Positions 23,991 through 38,400 of a stretch of 64,000 nucleotides of DNA are shown piece after piece (position 1 is the stretch's first letter; each line of letters begins with the position of its first letter). The DNA comes from Blasia pusilla (taxonomy: Eukaryota): the NCBI GenBank assembly GCA_050084515.1, contig CM114271.1, positions 7,006,001 to 7,070,000 of the forward strand, read 5' to 3'. Under the pieces are notes generated by a model, which saw only the letters and a program-made list of their open reading frames with translations, was not told where the DNA came from and did not search any database. Both the position numbers and the translations under genes were made by a program.

Positions 23991-25379
23991 TATATATGGT
24001 TTGTGTGTTATATTCTCAAATCATGATTCCCTACTTTGTCTAGCCTCTTTCAAGATTTAAGGCAACATTTTCTCCTAACTCATTGCATAATTCAACTCCG
24101 GTGTTTCTAGTGCCCGCAAATCACAAGCGGATAATCCTTGTGAAGCAATGACCTCCAACATCTAAACCATTTCAAGTTTTTATATACCCAAGTGATTAAT
24201 GGATATAGATAAGGGACTTTTCCATCCATCACTTTGTTGGAGAGATGTTTCAACTTCTACATAAGATCTTATATGCATCAAAAAATCACAAAGCTAAAGA
24301 GAGACCGCACAAAGTGTTGCTGAAGAGCAAGTGTCAACCAAGAAGCTCTTTACAACACCATCTACCGGACCTGATTAGGATTCCTAATACACCTTATTTA
24401 TCTACCAGTGAATCAGCTTTGGGCATTTGGGCAATGAATCTAGGTTGCTGAATGTATTCAACAATGTAAGAATGTCCAACTAGCAATATCAACGCATTTT
24501 GTTGTTCTATATGTTATGAATTTTATGCCCAAGTCCATTTAGTCAACGGAGGTTCCATCCCCATCATGATCACAAGGTGTGTGAGTTTAGTTGTGTTCCC
24601 ATTCTGAATTTTTTGCGTTTTGAGGGATTTCTCCTAACTTGAACTTGAACTCAAGCCCAATTCCCCAGCAAGGGGTATCTCGACACTAGTTCTTCAATTT
24701 TTCTTGTTTAGGGTACATGATCAAGAGAGAGATTTGAAAATTATAAGACTTCCTCTGTTTTTTTTATGAGTGTTTTTCCACTAGTTCGGGTATGGTATCC
24801 ACAAGTGGTTTGTCCTCTTGATCATACAATTCAGGTCTTGTAGGGAGCTTTGTTGCTTTCCCGATCTCTTTCACCTTCTCTGTCCAAGATCTGAAGACTT
24901 CACTAGCGTCTTTGGGGCAAATTTTTCCCCATCAAAATTTGTAGGATAGTGGTAGGAATACATTTTCTCATTCTTACTAGCAACCTAGATGCCTATGCCA
25001 TTTCAGGTTGGAAATATCATGTCTAACCTCCATAAGTTCCAGTCCAACTTCCGATCTCACACCAATTTTGGGTCTTTGTAAGGAGGATGACATTATATCC
25101 CCAAAAGGCTTTCAACCGCACACAACCTCAAGCATGTCCCCTTTTTATGTTGGCATTCCATATTAATTGTAATGCAATATTCCAATGAGGAACGACTGGT
25201 ATGCAAAATGACAAAGCATTTTACTTGTGATGTAATCATTTTAAGGACTTGGTCGGTTTGTTCAAACCTTACTCTTTTGTGTTTGTGATGTGGGCATCTC
25301 ATATACCATCTTAGAAAAGTTCAATACCTAGATAGATGTCTATGTCTATGAGCACTCATGTCATCTTGGTCCTCCATTG

Positions 25380-25384
<5 letters not shown>

Positions 25385-25442
<58 letters not shown>

Positions 25443-25464
25443 TGTGTGTGTGTGTGTGTGTGTG
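25385..25464. repeat. Compound microsatellite (AG)n(TG)n
   Basis: Read directly from the sequence. Confidence 0.95.
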
Positions 25465-25852
25465 TTTTGATCCCTTGTTTGTGAATGTAATGTGTGGGCA
25501 TATGGATGTTCCCATCTATAGTGATTGAAAGCCACTCAAAATTTCATCCACCCACAAGATGGCATCTACAAATAAGCCATCCTCTCAATTTGAGAGATCT
25601 TGAATAAAAGTTTACAACATTTTCTCTATTTTGGATTTGCTCTAAATTAGTGTTGGAATTTGCTCTACTGCTACAATCCTCTTTTATTTCATTACTTCAC
25701 AATAGTTTGTATGAATGATTAAGGGCAAACGTCATCCAATTTGTCTATACAAGTGTAATGTAAGCACTTTCCTAAGAATCCCAACTTCAATCTAGTCCAC
25801 ATTAGACCACTCTAGTACTACATTGCCTACATGTGCCATGTAGTGCACTCGA

Positions 25853-25936
25853 TTTATAGGAAATCCCATTGCATAACCTTGTCTTCTTTCAGGATTCTGA
25901 AAGAAGACAAGGTTATGCAATGGGATTTCCTATAAA
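25853..25936. repeat. Perfect 40-bp inverted repeat with 4-nt loop
   Basis: TTTATAGGAAATCCCATTGCATAACCTTGTCTTCTTTCAG-GATT-reverse complement. Confidence 0.95.
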
Positions 25937-26069
25937 GAATTTCTTGTCAAGAATTCAAGAATTTTCATATAAATTGATAGCATAACCTTATCTTCTTTCA
26001 GAATTCTTCACTTCTTCTTTACAAGATTTCTTCTTCCGTTCCTATAAAGAGAGTTATAGTCTTGATAAT

Positions 26070-26480
26070 TTGGATGGATGTATTTGCAAATTATTTCTAC
26101 ATAGGATTGGAATGTAAGTGTGAACTTCCATTGAGAGGAACAACCTTACATTCTTAATACTATTAAGAATGTGCACATATGGATGTGCCAATTAAGTCTG
26201 TATAGGACTAGAATGTAAGCATGAATTTCAGTTCCAAGAGGAGCCTTAAGACCTTAATAGCATAGATGGGTGGATTTGCGAATTATTTTCATACAAAACT
26301 CAAATGTAAGTGTAAACTTCCATTCCCATAAAGACCTTTATGCTATTAATAATACCTATGCATAAATTTTGCAAATTATTTCCTCAAAGGTAAGTGTGAA
26401 CTTCCATTCACATGAAACTCCTTATGATCTTAATAGTATAGATGGACGGATTTGCAAACTATTTCCATGTGGGACCAGAA
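26070..26480. repeat. Degenerate ~95-bp tandem repeat (4-5 units)
   Basis: Recurring GTAAGTGTGAACTTCCA-like core at ~26110, 26211, 26303 and 26388, with TTTGCAAATTATTT. Confidence 0.65.
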
Positions 26481-28430
26481 ATTTTCTTAAAACTTTTTTA
26501 TGGGAGATGAAGATTATATATTTTGTTCAAACATGTCCCCAAGTTTTTAAATAAAAATGGAACTTAAAAAATTTTGATCAATTCTCTAGGAAAGTAAAGA
26601 GAGCCTCTCCCTTAAGGTTGGCATTTCTTGAAGCAAGATAGAAGAGAGAAGCTTGGAGAGAAAAAAATATCTTTGATATCTTCTATGTGATCCTAACTAT
26701 GTTGTGGCACCTTGAGATAATTTTATTTACCATGGATAAATTGATAGCACAAGTATGAACTTGGAAATATGAAAAAAAAGGGCAGTTCATGAACCTTGTA
26801 AAAAAATTGACAAGTCATGAGTTGTGTTAGTAATCATAATCACTTGAACCTATCCAAACATTCAATTCAAAACTTAGAAAACCTAATTGTTCATGAAGAA
26901 AATGGAGATTGGGTCATTGAGAAAGGTAAGCCTAGAAGAATTAAGTCTCGGTGCGTATTTACTATGAAACTTAAGGGAGTCCTTAAATTTAATTGCTCTA
27001 CATCTGAACGAACCAGAAAGCTCAAGTCTTCAGGCCCCGTTCTAACAATCCAACCATTTTCCAACTTGTAGGGCCCATTCTAACAATCCAACCTTTTTCC
27101 AACTTGTAGGGGTTAGGTTCATTATACATTGAAACGTCTTGTCCTCGCAAACTTCCTATGTATGTTAGGGATGACAGTTCCTATATCTCCTCAATCCTAA
27201 TCGGATTCCCACCTTCCACGCTCCGTTTGTCTACCAGATCATGGTTCTACCATTCTTGCCCAGCCAGCTTAAACCCTCCCCATCATGAAGACGTTTTCCC
27301 CTCCTGTCATAGTATTTTTCTCTTGGTGGGCGCATGGTACTACCATTCCTTGCCCAGCCGGCTTACGACCTCCCCATCATGATGACGTTTATCCCTCCTA
27401 TCATTAAATCTTCTTCTCCTGGTAAGTACAGCTTTCGTTTCCTCATAGCCAAACTCGTTTGAGTCGCTAATCCACAATACAATTCACAGTTGCTTGGGGG
27501 CGGCTTTGTTCCTGGGGTCGTTCAGGCTTCCTGTGGTGGTTAGTTAGACTATGAGCCTATGGGACCAAAGTTTTTATTAGATGAGAACCAAGAAACTGTG
27601 TCGCCAAACTGGATGAAGCTGAAATCATGTGCGAGATCTGCTCAATATTTTCAGGCTCTTTAAGGGCAGCTGTCTAGCAACTGTAGGAAACAGTAACTCA
27701 TCCGCTAGGTACACTACTCATCACCAAAAAAGTTCTGACATGTGGAAATCCACCCTTTAGAGATGTGCGGATCACGTTGGAATTGACTTTGTCTCACCCA
27801 GTCTTTACTCAGGACATTAGTAATGAAGTAGGTACTACTTTACTTCATAATCGAGGTTGAGGGTAAGAGCAAAAACCACCCTCAGGTAAGGTGCCGTACC
27901 TTGCTCATTTCCAAACTTGGACATGAGGTAGGGTTCACTGCGCAAGACTACGATAGCATAAACATCTCGCCCATCTACGAAGATATTAAACTTTCTGCGG
28001 GGCTTATAGCTATACCAAAGAACTCTCTACACAACATGCAATGGTCTATGAAACTTTTATCTACAAAATTCCGTTAACACTTCAGGGGAATTCCAAGTAG
28101 GATGAGACAGTACAGTCAGGCCATACATCATTTCCCTGGAGAAAGAGTTGGCCCCAAAAATTGTGGAAGTTGGTTCCAAGAATGGCAGCCACCACATTGA
28201 GGGAGTTCCTTTCTTAAGCCCAGTTCAGCCAGCATGAAAAGCTGCACTTGAAGATGTTAAATGTGTGTAATCATCTGTTTCTATTGCTCCTCAGTATAAG
28301 TACCAAAAATAAACGACCATGATCCACTCTTTGCATCTTGGAAACTCAAGGAAGTACCACAAATTGTAGGAGAATTTGGATATGACGTCCCCAAATTTGA
28401 ACATTAATCAGTGATCTTCGGCTGCATGAT

Positions 28431-30005
28431 TCACTCCAGGGGCAGCAATTCCGAGATGTCAACCAGATTATAATTTAAGGTCTTTATAGACCAACACTGT
28501 AGGATGTTAGCTTTTGCACACCGGTGAGGAGAATATCCACGCAACTCATAAACCCAACATCCACTTGTACTATCACCTTGGCCAGTGATATAGCCCAAAC
28601 TGTTTCTTTGACAAATCACTCAAGCAGTTCCCTAGTCAAAAACATATGCAAATCTGGAGGACCACTATCTTTATTATGAAAATGAATTGTGATTAGTCCT
28701 TCACCTATTTGAAGGCTAATCCATAAATTAGCTTTACCTTCCTCCTCACTTGTTGGACTTGAACCTGCATTGTGTCTTTGCTTGCTGAAAAACCCAACGT
28801 TTTCATGGCTTCAAAAACCCTCCGAACATGTATGGTTTCATGGTTGTAGCAAGAATTGTATCGGTCTGCAAGTTCAATACCTGTTGTGAAAAGCTCTTTA
28901 CCTATCCGGCAATCTTGGTGAACAATGGTGCGCATCCTATCTACCAGCACACAATCTGAAACTTTTTTGCAACTCTTAGTTGGAGCTTTAGCCACTTTCT
29001 CTGGGTTTGAAGTGACAGGCAATGGTTCAGCAATTGGTGTGAAAGGCAAATGCTCTAAATTTGGTGTGAAAACTGCAGGTTCTGAATTTGTAGTAAAATC
29101 TGAAGGCAATGAATCTGCTGTATAGTTGAAAGACTCCGAATTAGGTGGAAAAGCCGAGGACTCTGGAGTTGGACTAAAATCCAAAGACACTGAATTTCGT
29201 GCAAAACTCAAAGGCTCAGAAAGGGGTGTAAAATTCAGAGATGTTGGATTGGAACCGAATCCCTGAGGCACTGAATTTTGAGTATACAGCAATGGTTCTG
29301 AATTTGAGGTGAAAAGGACAGGCTCTGCGTTGGATGTAAACAGCACAGGCTCTGAACTTGACTTATAAAGCAGAGACTCTGAGTTTGATCTGTAAAGGAG
29401 TGATTCAGAAGAATGCCCTACAGGCAGTGGCTCTGAGGGTGATGATATAAGGAAAGGTCCAGAAGGAGAGAGCTGATCAAAACTGCATGCTTGATACTCT
29501 GAATTTGAGCATGAGGGTAACGCCACAGATGTTGGAATGGTGGCAAGACTGTTATCTTTGACATCTACTTCCAGTGGAGGCTCACCTGAAGTTGAGGGAC
29601 TGACAAAGCTATTTAAGGACCCTAAAAACATGACGAGACCTTCCCGAATGTAAACCTTCCAGGGGGTTTTCTTTTTATTTTTTTCAAGGCATTGTCCACA
29701 TAGCTCCAAACCTTCCGAGCTGTTTCAAAAAAAGACATACACCAACACACGTCCACACCCCATAGGTTAGCACTCAGTTGCGCAACTCCCACACAATTGT
29801 GCACAAAGTATAATGTCAGAACAGAAAAAATGTGAAACATGCACTTTACTTACTTGTACTGTAGAAGCTTGAAGAAGATCCATTCACATACATCGTGGCA
29901 CATTTCACACAGACGGATCTCATCATCTTTGAACTCCAGATATGCACCCAATTCAATCCACTTTGGCAACTGTGTCAAAATAGGACTGACGTTCCTCAAT
30001 ATGAC
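28431..30005 (-). CDS. Probable host gene (3 visible exons: 30005-29854, 29719-28750, 28496-28431); CxxC...CxxC motif and 9-aa repeats; 5' exons not resolved
   Basis: Phase-compatible GT-AG splicing gives ...IRLCEMCHDVCEWIFFKLLQYNSEGLELCGQCLEK...EPVLFTSNS repeats...CWSIKTLNYNLVDISELLPLE*. The 970-bp exon is open; the last exon is less certain. Confidence 0.7.
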
Positions 30006-32907
30006 CTGCGAAGAAAGATGCGACAGCATGTCACTAGGTAAAGATCTGTCCGACTCAATGGGGATTAAAGGAATCCTTGATCACAAACACCATCCATACA
30101 TCCTGATAACAAGGAACACGACAAAGATTTGCTAAAGTTTCAAAAGTTTACATTCTATGCCAATCATTTCTCCATGTTCTCCACCTCCAAGTGGTCTCAC
30201 TAACACAAGAAAACTACAAACACTTGTAAGCCTGATAAAACAGAGTGGTCAGAATGCCCATCTGCCAAAGAGGTCGGAGAAGCCCCCCTATGAGGTGGTT
30301 ATTACTTCTTGAAGAAGTGGAAAAATTTTAGCCCACTCTAACCTATATTTATCCAAGAACATTCTTGGTTTGACATACTCAACATGACTGTCCACAGAGG
30401 GAGTATTGATGAAGAAACAAGCTATTCACAGTTTGGATCAGAAGTAAATCCTCTATAATTTGATAAATGTAGCATCCGGTTTTGAAGTTGTGGGTTTGGA
30501 AAGCCTGGAATTCAGTGTTGATGTGACACTTTGTTACTCCAATGATCAAGACATATGCCTCGTCAACAATGAGATAATCATGGGGTTGCACTATGTGCAC
30601 ACAATAAATGTTATGGTATTAGTTGTCCATAAAACTTGTGAAGTAGTATGTCTAGGATGAAGCCCACCAGCACATTTTGAGACCATTGGAGCATTTCTAG
30701 GTCGTCTTCATTTGAGGATCTCTCCACTAACCCATCACCTTTCCAAGGATTTATGATTTAGACGCCCGATTACACAGCCTAACTGGTCGAAATGCCTTCA
30801 ATTGATCTCCAGGTCAATGAGTGTATCTGCCTGATATCATGTCAAGAATCTCGTAGCCGCTTCAGCTTGGTACTGTATAATGTAGCCTTAGCATAGCAGG
30901 CCCCACAAACCAGTCAGCCCTCACAACAGCACCTCTACTTTCTGTAAAAACCTGTGCTTCCCTAAGCTCCTCCAATTGCATGACCGCCAGCACCAAAAGA
31001 ACCGAATATCATGCAACAGAAAGACGGCTCCACAGTGGGTGCCATAGAACCTACAATGGTTAAACTCGCAAGTATTCCCTCTTCACGACACAATTTCCGC
31101 TCAGAAAAAGCAGTTATCAAAAGAAATAATGGGCAGGAAAGTGCAAGAGATAATCAAGAACCACTTTGTTTCTCTAACACCACTCTTGCTCCTTGTCCTC
31201 CATATTCTCATGACGATCCTGCTACACCACGAACTTTGACATTAATTAGCTCGCATTTACTCTCCCACCCAAGGATCGTGAGCAAAGCAATATGCATTTA
31301 TGCACGCTATTCTTAGGGGTTGGGATGTTTCGAAGAGTAGGCTAGGAAAGGATTCGATGATTCCGTTCCCGCTATCATCAAGTGTTTCCCCTGTCTTGGG
31401 CAGAAGCAAGACAATTTACACAACGTCAAGACGGAGATCTACCTCTTTACTTTCGGGCATAGATCAACCGCCTAAAACGAATGATCAAAATTAGAATCGT
31501 GGGAATCAATGAGGACGAATCGACTAGTCACGTAGGTCGAAAACTCGAGGGCTTCAGTGTAGGTTCATTCTAAATGAAGGAGTGATGGCCAGAAGCCCTC
31601 CGGGGGTGAGGATAGGGCTTCATACAGAACTCTTCGCGTGGAAACATCCACGCCCGACACCCACATTGCACCAATTGGCACTCTGATCCTGGGGAAACAA
31701 ACCAGAACTCTCGATTTTATGGCACGTACTCCGATGTACAAGGCCTCTTCAAACCAAACCAAATTCCTCTTCGCTCCGAAACAAATGATCAACAGGGCGG
31801 CCTTCAAGTGTGGCTAAATGAAATAAGCCACTAAAAGCCTTCAGGTTCTTCAGTACATAAAATCCATCATCTACTGCGCTGTCCAGCATACTTTCTTCAA
31901 ATAGGTATAAGGTATGCCAGCATTATCTAAAAGAACTTGATTGCTCAGGTGAAAGCTCCTGGACGAAGGAGAAATGATCCAGAATCCACTTTCGATGGGA
32001 GATTTCTACGTAACGCGAAAGCTTGAACGAAAGGGACAAGCTCAGAGATCCCTCTTAAGGTCCACTTGACTTGGCAAACATTCGAAAGAGTTGTGGCAAG
32101 TAGTGGCCCTATTAGTCGGGCAATTTATTACGGTTTCTCTCCATCAAGAAAGAGTACGAAGAGATGGTCGATGAATAACTCTCCAGTTAATCTAAGGTCA
32201 AGAAACGACCCAGAAACGGAGGTGGAAGAATCATCGCTAAAAAGTCTGGCACACGTGAAGATACGACTTGTTCCCAGTACAACAGTGCGGATAGATCCAT
32301 TACTTGACACCTCTCTCACCGTCGACGACACATTTTTCCGTCCCAGTTCTTGGACTGATTCATCCTCATCCGCACCAAACAGGAGTGTACACCAAGTCAA
32401 TAGCAAAGCCACAGCTAACCTGCCGGTCCATACGTGTTCCGCAGTGACAAGAATAGGCAATACATCCTCTTCTCCCCGACTACAAGCACCTTGGACTTCG
32501 TTCGTAACAGTGGGAGTCTGCTACACTCCAGGGATGGCTTCATGACTCACCTATTCTTGATCTGTTTTCAAGAATAGAGGGTTGACACTCACTTCCGCAA
32601 GTTATATGTAGATCCCTCACTCCCGACACGTGATTTGGCCTCAGTAAAACGCTGCCGCGATATCACAAGCAATGGGGAACAAGAAAGTAGCGACGGCAGG
32701 TAGTCTGGGGAACCGTAACCACTCGTTGCAAAGGCGGTGTTTTACATCTGGAACGAAATTTAGAATAACTGCGTGATCCAGTGACAGAGGGCGGACGGAG
32801 AAGCGACCAAGAAATCTGATGAGCTAGAGAGACTCAGGCCAATGTCGGGATAGCCATGAGAGAAGTACGATGCAGTTGAGCATTGTTCAGGGGACCTATT
32901 CCACACA

Positions 32908-32912
<5 letters not shown>

Positions 32913-32956
<44 letters not shown>
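32913..32956. repeat. (GA)n microsatellite
   Basis: Read directly from the sequence. Confidence 0.95.
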
Positions 32957-32962
<6 letters not shown>

Positions 32963-33259
32963 GTAGATTTTGATCAATGATATCATTCGGAGGATCACTT
33001 GCCATGCTTGCCAGTCCGCGCCTCACAAGAAATTATCATGCCTCATACCTAACCAGCACAGCACCAACACCACACACTTAACTTACGAACTCGTGCACTC
33101 TTCGACCCGACCCGACTAGACCCGGCACTATCACTTCAGTCAACACCCTTCCCAGAAAAGCCAACTCACACTACGTAATTACTTCTTCCCCCGCTCCGTT
33201 CCCACGCCGATGATCTAAACACCTCCATACCTTTCCTCCTCTCAGCTCCTCTACAACTC

Positions 33260-33760
33260 TTGCTTCAAACTTTCAAAAAACAAGCCGGCGGTCCGCCGTA
33301 GATGGCATCCAAAACAACCAGTAGTTCCGGCTCCTGCGCCAGATCATCACAAGGCTTCCATACTTCTATACCGTGAGACTGACAGGACGATCGCGGAGGC
33401 CGAGGCCGGGAGGGAGGAGCCGAGCAGAGCGGAGACCCACACTCGCACACACACACTCATTGACTGTCGGCAATCGCACACCAGCTTCAGCAGAAAGACG
33501 AGCAAACAGCGCTTCGCGCGAGCTCCTGCGAAGGGAGAGAACTCGCGAGAAAGAGGACACATGAGGCGACGCCGATGCCGAAGCGGGGATGGTCGTAGAG
33601 TGGGCGTGCGTGGTCGGGCAGACCCGACCCCGACGACGCAGGCCGGGCCGGGCCCTGAAGGAAGGAAGGACGGACGGACGGACGGATCATGAAGACGATT
33701 CTCTATCGCACGGAGGACGGCAAGCGCACAGCGGAGGATCTAAACAGTGCTCCCTCCCTC
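33260..33760 (-). promoter_or_regulatory. GC/CpG-rich probable promoter or first non-coding exon of the minus-strand gene
   Basis: CpG-retaining GC-rich island with (GGAC)n, unlike the CpG-depleted TE sequence that follows; lies upstream of the exons. Confidence 0.4.
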
Positions 33761-34997
33761 CGATTTAGTCATCACTATGAACTAGTTCGGGTCTTACTCA
33801 CGACATGATAACTAAATCATACAAAATGATGTTCAAGGTGTGTTAGTCGCAACATCTTTACTATTACACAACGATAATAAGATTTTCTAAATATTTTTAA
33901 AAAAAAGTGTATGGGGCATTAAAACACTTTCCTAGTGCCATGTGTCCATCATGTAATTCTTTACAAATAATAAGTCATTCTCTTCTAATAATGTAGATGG
34001 ATTTTGACTATTAATTCTCCTAGATCATTAATTGTCAGAATATATTAACTATGACGGTTGGACAATGATAGTTGTGGTGTCACAGCATAGGAACCTAACC
34101 TTAGGCCCTATGTTATTATAGTAGAAGCAAGTGAAGATCAATCAGTTAGGCCCTTCCCCAATCTTGATGATAGGTTTAAATTTTGCAAATGTTTTAGCAT
34201 AGAAATTTAGATTCATATTTGAGTTTCATTGTTATCAATTTTTGAATTTTAAATGAAGGTTTGAACTCCCATTGAGAAAGCTCACGAACAACACTCTTGA
34301 CCATTTTTCTTTCATCCCGGTCTTAATAAGGGTATCCCAAGCATGTACATAAAAACTCCCCGTAAGCTCGTCCACAATAAGTGAGTAGGTACCTCACTAA
34401 ATATCATACTATTGTAATATCCCCAACATCAAATGAGATATTTCTCTTGGATATTATTTCATATTACATGAAATCCGTAGGTTTTCATTAGTAGATCCAC
34501 AATCGGTGTGCAATTAGTGAGATGTAGTAATTGTCCATCCATCTACCTTGAGAATGGCACAACTTTCATGAAAAAAAATTTGATTATTTCCATTCTTGCC
34601 TTGGGTTGAGGTTGGTGACATACCGTAATGAATCATAATTTGAATGCGTCAACGTGTATGGAAAATGATAAGATGACATACAAGGAACATTGTCACATAA
34701 TTTTGTGCATTATTATGGGTGTGGTAAAGATGTAAACTAATGAAAAGTATGGGAGAATTCAGTAGTCCAAATAAAGCAAGTAACGAGGCCTTTCCTCTAT
34801 ACTATTTTATCCCATTATGCTCATGGTTGGGTGTTACAACCAATGGAATATCCTCATGTGGCCGTACATAAAGATCCTATTCAATATGGTTAGTTATATT
34901 GGTGAACTATACCATTTCACCTTGGCTCACTACGAAGAGGTCTTTCTAATTCTCAAGTTGATCATTCCAAAAGTAGATTCTATATATTTTTTAGTTT

Positions 34998-35438
34998 TGT
35001 AACATGAGACCTCTATTTCAACTCTATATGATATATTTGGTTAACTAACCACCAAACATTTTGCTCTTTGGTTAATGTCTAATATATAGTCTAGGGCCAA
35101 AGATGACTTGTCATCTATACACATACCTCAAGTCGCTTGAGGAGGAGTTATTCATTCTATGGGAGGAAGTTGGTGAAAAGTAAGATGAGGAGGAAATTGG
35201 GGGTAGATGTGATAGGATGAGATAGGGACATTAGAGTACAAAGAAGATCTTCTCATGTTATGAGAAGAGAACACGTGGTATAAGGATGGGTAGAGCTACT
35301 TTTTTTTCTTTGTACCTATATCTAAGTATATAAAGGAGGAGGAGAGGCCTTTAGAGGTATTATACCTTTTAACAACTCTATAATGGTTTTATGAGCTTAA
35401 GAGTTACAACAATATCAGAGCAAGGTGAGTGGATTACC

Positions 35439-35489
<51 letters not shown>

Positions 35490-38400
35490 AATGGGGAAAC
35501 TTTAAGGGCAAATGCATTAGAGGTCCAAGCAACACGAACAGTGATGGAGATGGACGCCCAAGCACGATTGATATATATTGAAAAGGAAATTGCATGCAAT
35601 GTAGAACCATACAAAGGAAATCGATTCATGGGGATATTACATGGTTGGATCATGGTTGGATCATTACCATTTTCAAAATCAATGATCATATTGTAGGGAC
35701 GTTCGTAAGATCTTGATTAATAGATCGGGTATTGACTTAATATCAAAGATGAAAGAGATCCTTGATTGAAATCAATCAACAAACCATATGGAGCGGAATG
35801 AAGCAAGGGTAACTGCAATATTTCTAAATTGTGGATCCCATCCTCATTGCTATAATGAAACTATAGCGATTGGAGTAGAAAGGTAATGTGGAGGACTACA
35901 TTGAGGAGTGTTGTGATTTTTAGATACACATTTGTGACACAAGTGGGGTAGAAGCCCTTGATCTATTCAAGAGAGCTTTGAAGAGGAAGGAGCGTCAAAA
36001 AATGATTCGAGATAACTCAAAGGATATTAATGAAGCAATCGGATGAGCCCAACATATGGAAAATATGAACGAAGGAGGAATAAAGGTGGTTACTTAAGCT
36101 TACATGAACAACCTCTATGGACCTAAACCCATAAAGTTGGGTAATCTTCAAGCACAAGATGATTTTGCACCAAGAAGGTTTTATGAAAGGGTGCGAATGG
36201 AGAGAGTTCAGAACCCCAACATACAAGGGATCGCTTGTTGATCCAATGGGCTTATGGTTCCTACAGAAGGAAGAGAATTTAGTCTGGAGAAATATACGCT
36301 AATCTCTTAAGTGTGGAAGATATGAGTATATAGTCATGAATTGTCGCTTTCATACCCTCGGAAATAGGTCATGTTGTCGCCCTCTAAATTAATCATCCTA
36401 AAGGGAAACACATGCGTAAAGATGATAAGGAAGGGAGGCCTCATGAAAAGGCCAACAACTAGTAATCTCACATCGTGGATATACTGGTTTAACAAAAAGG
36501 ATAAAATAAGAGGGTTGAAACAAACATGTGGAAATAAATGGTTTGAAGAGAGGAGAAACATGTCTCATTCTCACATATGGGGAAGTAGAAGGATCCCCAG
36601 TTAGTGTTTGGATTGATTCTATTGCAACATAAAATTTCCTTGCAAGAGTCATAATTATGAAGTCGGGCTTAGTTTTAGAGAGGGGTAAAAATAAAGAGGT
36701 GAAATTTCCAAATGAGCAAAGAGAAAGGATTAAGAAGTTTCCTTGAAATGTAGGGTTGATGATAGGAAAGTATCTCCAAAAGTTGAAGTTAAAGGTAATT
36801 CGATTAGCACGTTATGATATTATCTTGGGGATACATTGGATGGAACAATACAATCCAAAGCTAGATTGGAGAAAGAAAGATTGTAAAGGCTCGATAGTAG
36901 AAGGTTTCCAGAGATAGAGTTCGATTACGTCCTAAAATCCTACCCCTGTATGTAATAAGAAAGATTATCATCAAGATGTATGTTTCCTTAGTTTAATAAG
37001 AGATGTTAGTGGTTTGAAAAATATTCAAAGGTACCAAACAAGTCGAGAGAAATATTGGAGGAATATAAATATGTATTTCCAAAATACTTACTATTAGGGC
37101 TATCACCCAAATAGAGGGTAGACCACAAGATTGATGTTTTTCCAAGAAGCACATCACTATGTAAGGCTCCTTACTATGTAGCTATGAGGAAATTAGAAGA
37201 ATATAAAACCTAAATGAAGAAGATGTTGTAGAAAGGCTTCATCCAATTATAACCAAACATCTTACCACATGGAGCCCCTATTTTTTCTCCGAAAAAAAAA
37301 AAGATGGAAGCATACGATTGTATATCAACCATCGAGCACTAAATAAAAAATTAGTAAAGAACAAATATCCATTGTCATGAATAGATGATTTATTCAACTA
37401 GCTACAAGGAACAAAATACTTCATCAAACTCGACCTAAGCAACGGCTACAACCAAATTCCAATTGCGGATGAAGATGTACCCAAGACTACTTTTTACACT
37501 AGGTATGGAAACTTGTAGTACTTGGTCATGACATTTGGTATTACTAATGCACCTACAACCTTGATGGGCCTAGTGAATAATTTCTTTTGTCCATATTTAG
37601 AGAATTTTATCATCGTATTCTAAGATGATATTTTGGTCTAAAGTAAAACCATAGAGAAGTATATAGATCCTCTATGAGAAATCCTTGAAATCTTATGAGA
37701 TAACGAGTTGTATAATAAAGCTTAAAAATATGAGTTCGACAAGATAAAAGTTAATTATCTAAGGCATCGAATAAGCGTAGAAGGTATTCGAATGGTGAAT
37801 GAGAAAATAGAAAATTTCAAAAAATAGAGTGCAACTAAAGATCAAACTCAATTGAAGAGGTTACTAGAAGTAACAGATTCTATTAAAGATTTGTCAACGA
37901 TTTTACTCGAATCGTACAATCCTTACCAACTTTATTATGGAAAGGACAAAAATGGAATTTGGGTACATCACAAGAGATTTCTTTTGAGTCATTAAAGGGT
38001 GTCTTGATCAAAACCCCTATTTTGAAGTGCTATGATCGTGATCAAAGTATTAAGTTGGCCATAGAGATGCATCAAGCAATATCATTAGAGGAGTATTATA
38101 ACAAAAATGGAAGGATGGATGACATCCTATTGTCTTATTTTCTTGCAAGTTGTTGCAAGCAAAGCAAAATCCCCATACAATCAAGCGAGAAGAATATATG
38201 ATTGTATTGAAAACTAAGCATTGGAAATACTACTTGGATGATGAGGAGTTTGTGGTGGAGAGTGATTACAAGCCCTTTGTCTACTTAGAGTCCCCAAAGG
38301 ACCCCTCCAAATGCTAAACTCGATGGGCAGAATGATGGCAACAATTCACCATGAAAAAATTCTATATCAAAGGAAATAAGTAGTTGGCAGACGTCTTGAC

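Noticed and set aside
26070-26480. CRISPR-like repeat-spacer array
   Set aside because: Units are degenerate along their whole length, there are no cas genes, and the DNA is eukaryotic.
27030-27410. Short direct repeats (39-bp pair and ~70-bp pair) as an LTR
   Set aside because: No supported termini, TSD or partner LTR.
30379-33690. Short ORFs as additional coding exons of the minus-strand gene
   Set aside because: Could not be linked by convincing splice sites or phases; probably intron or UTR.
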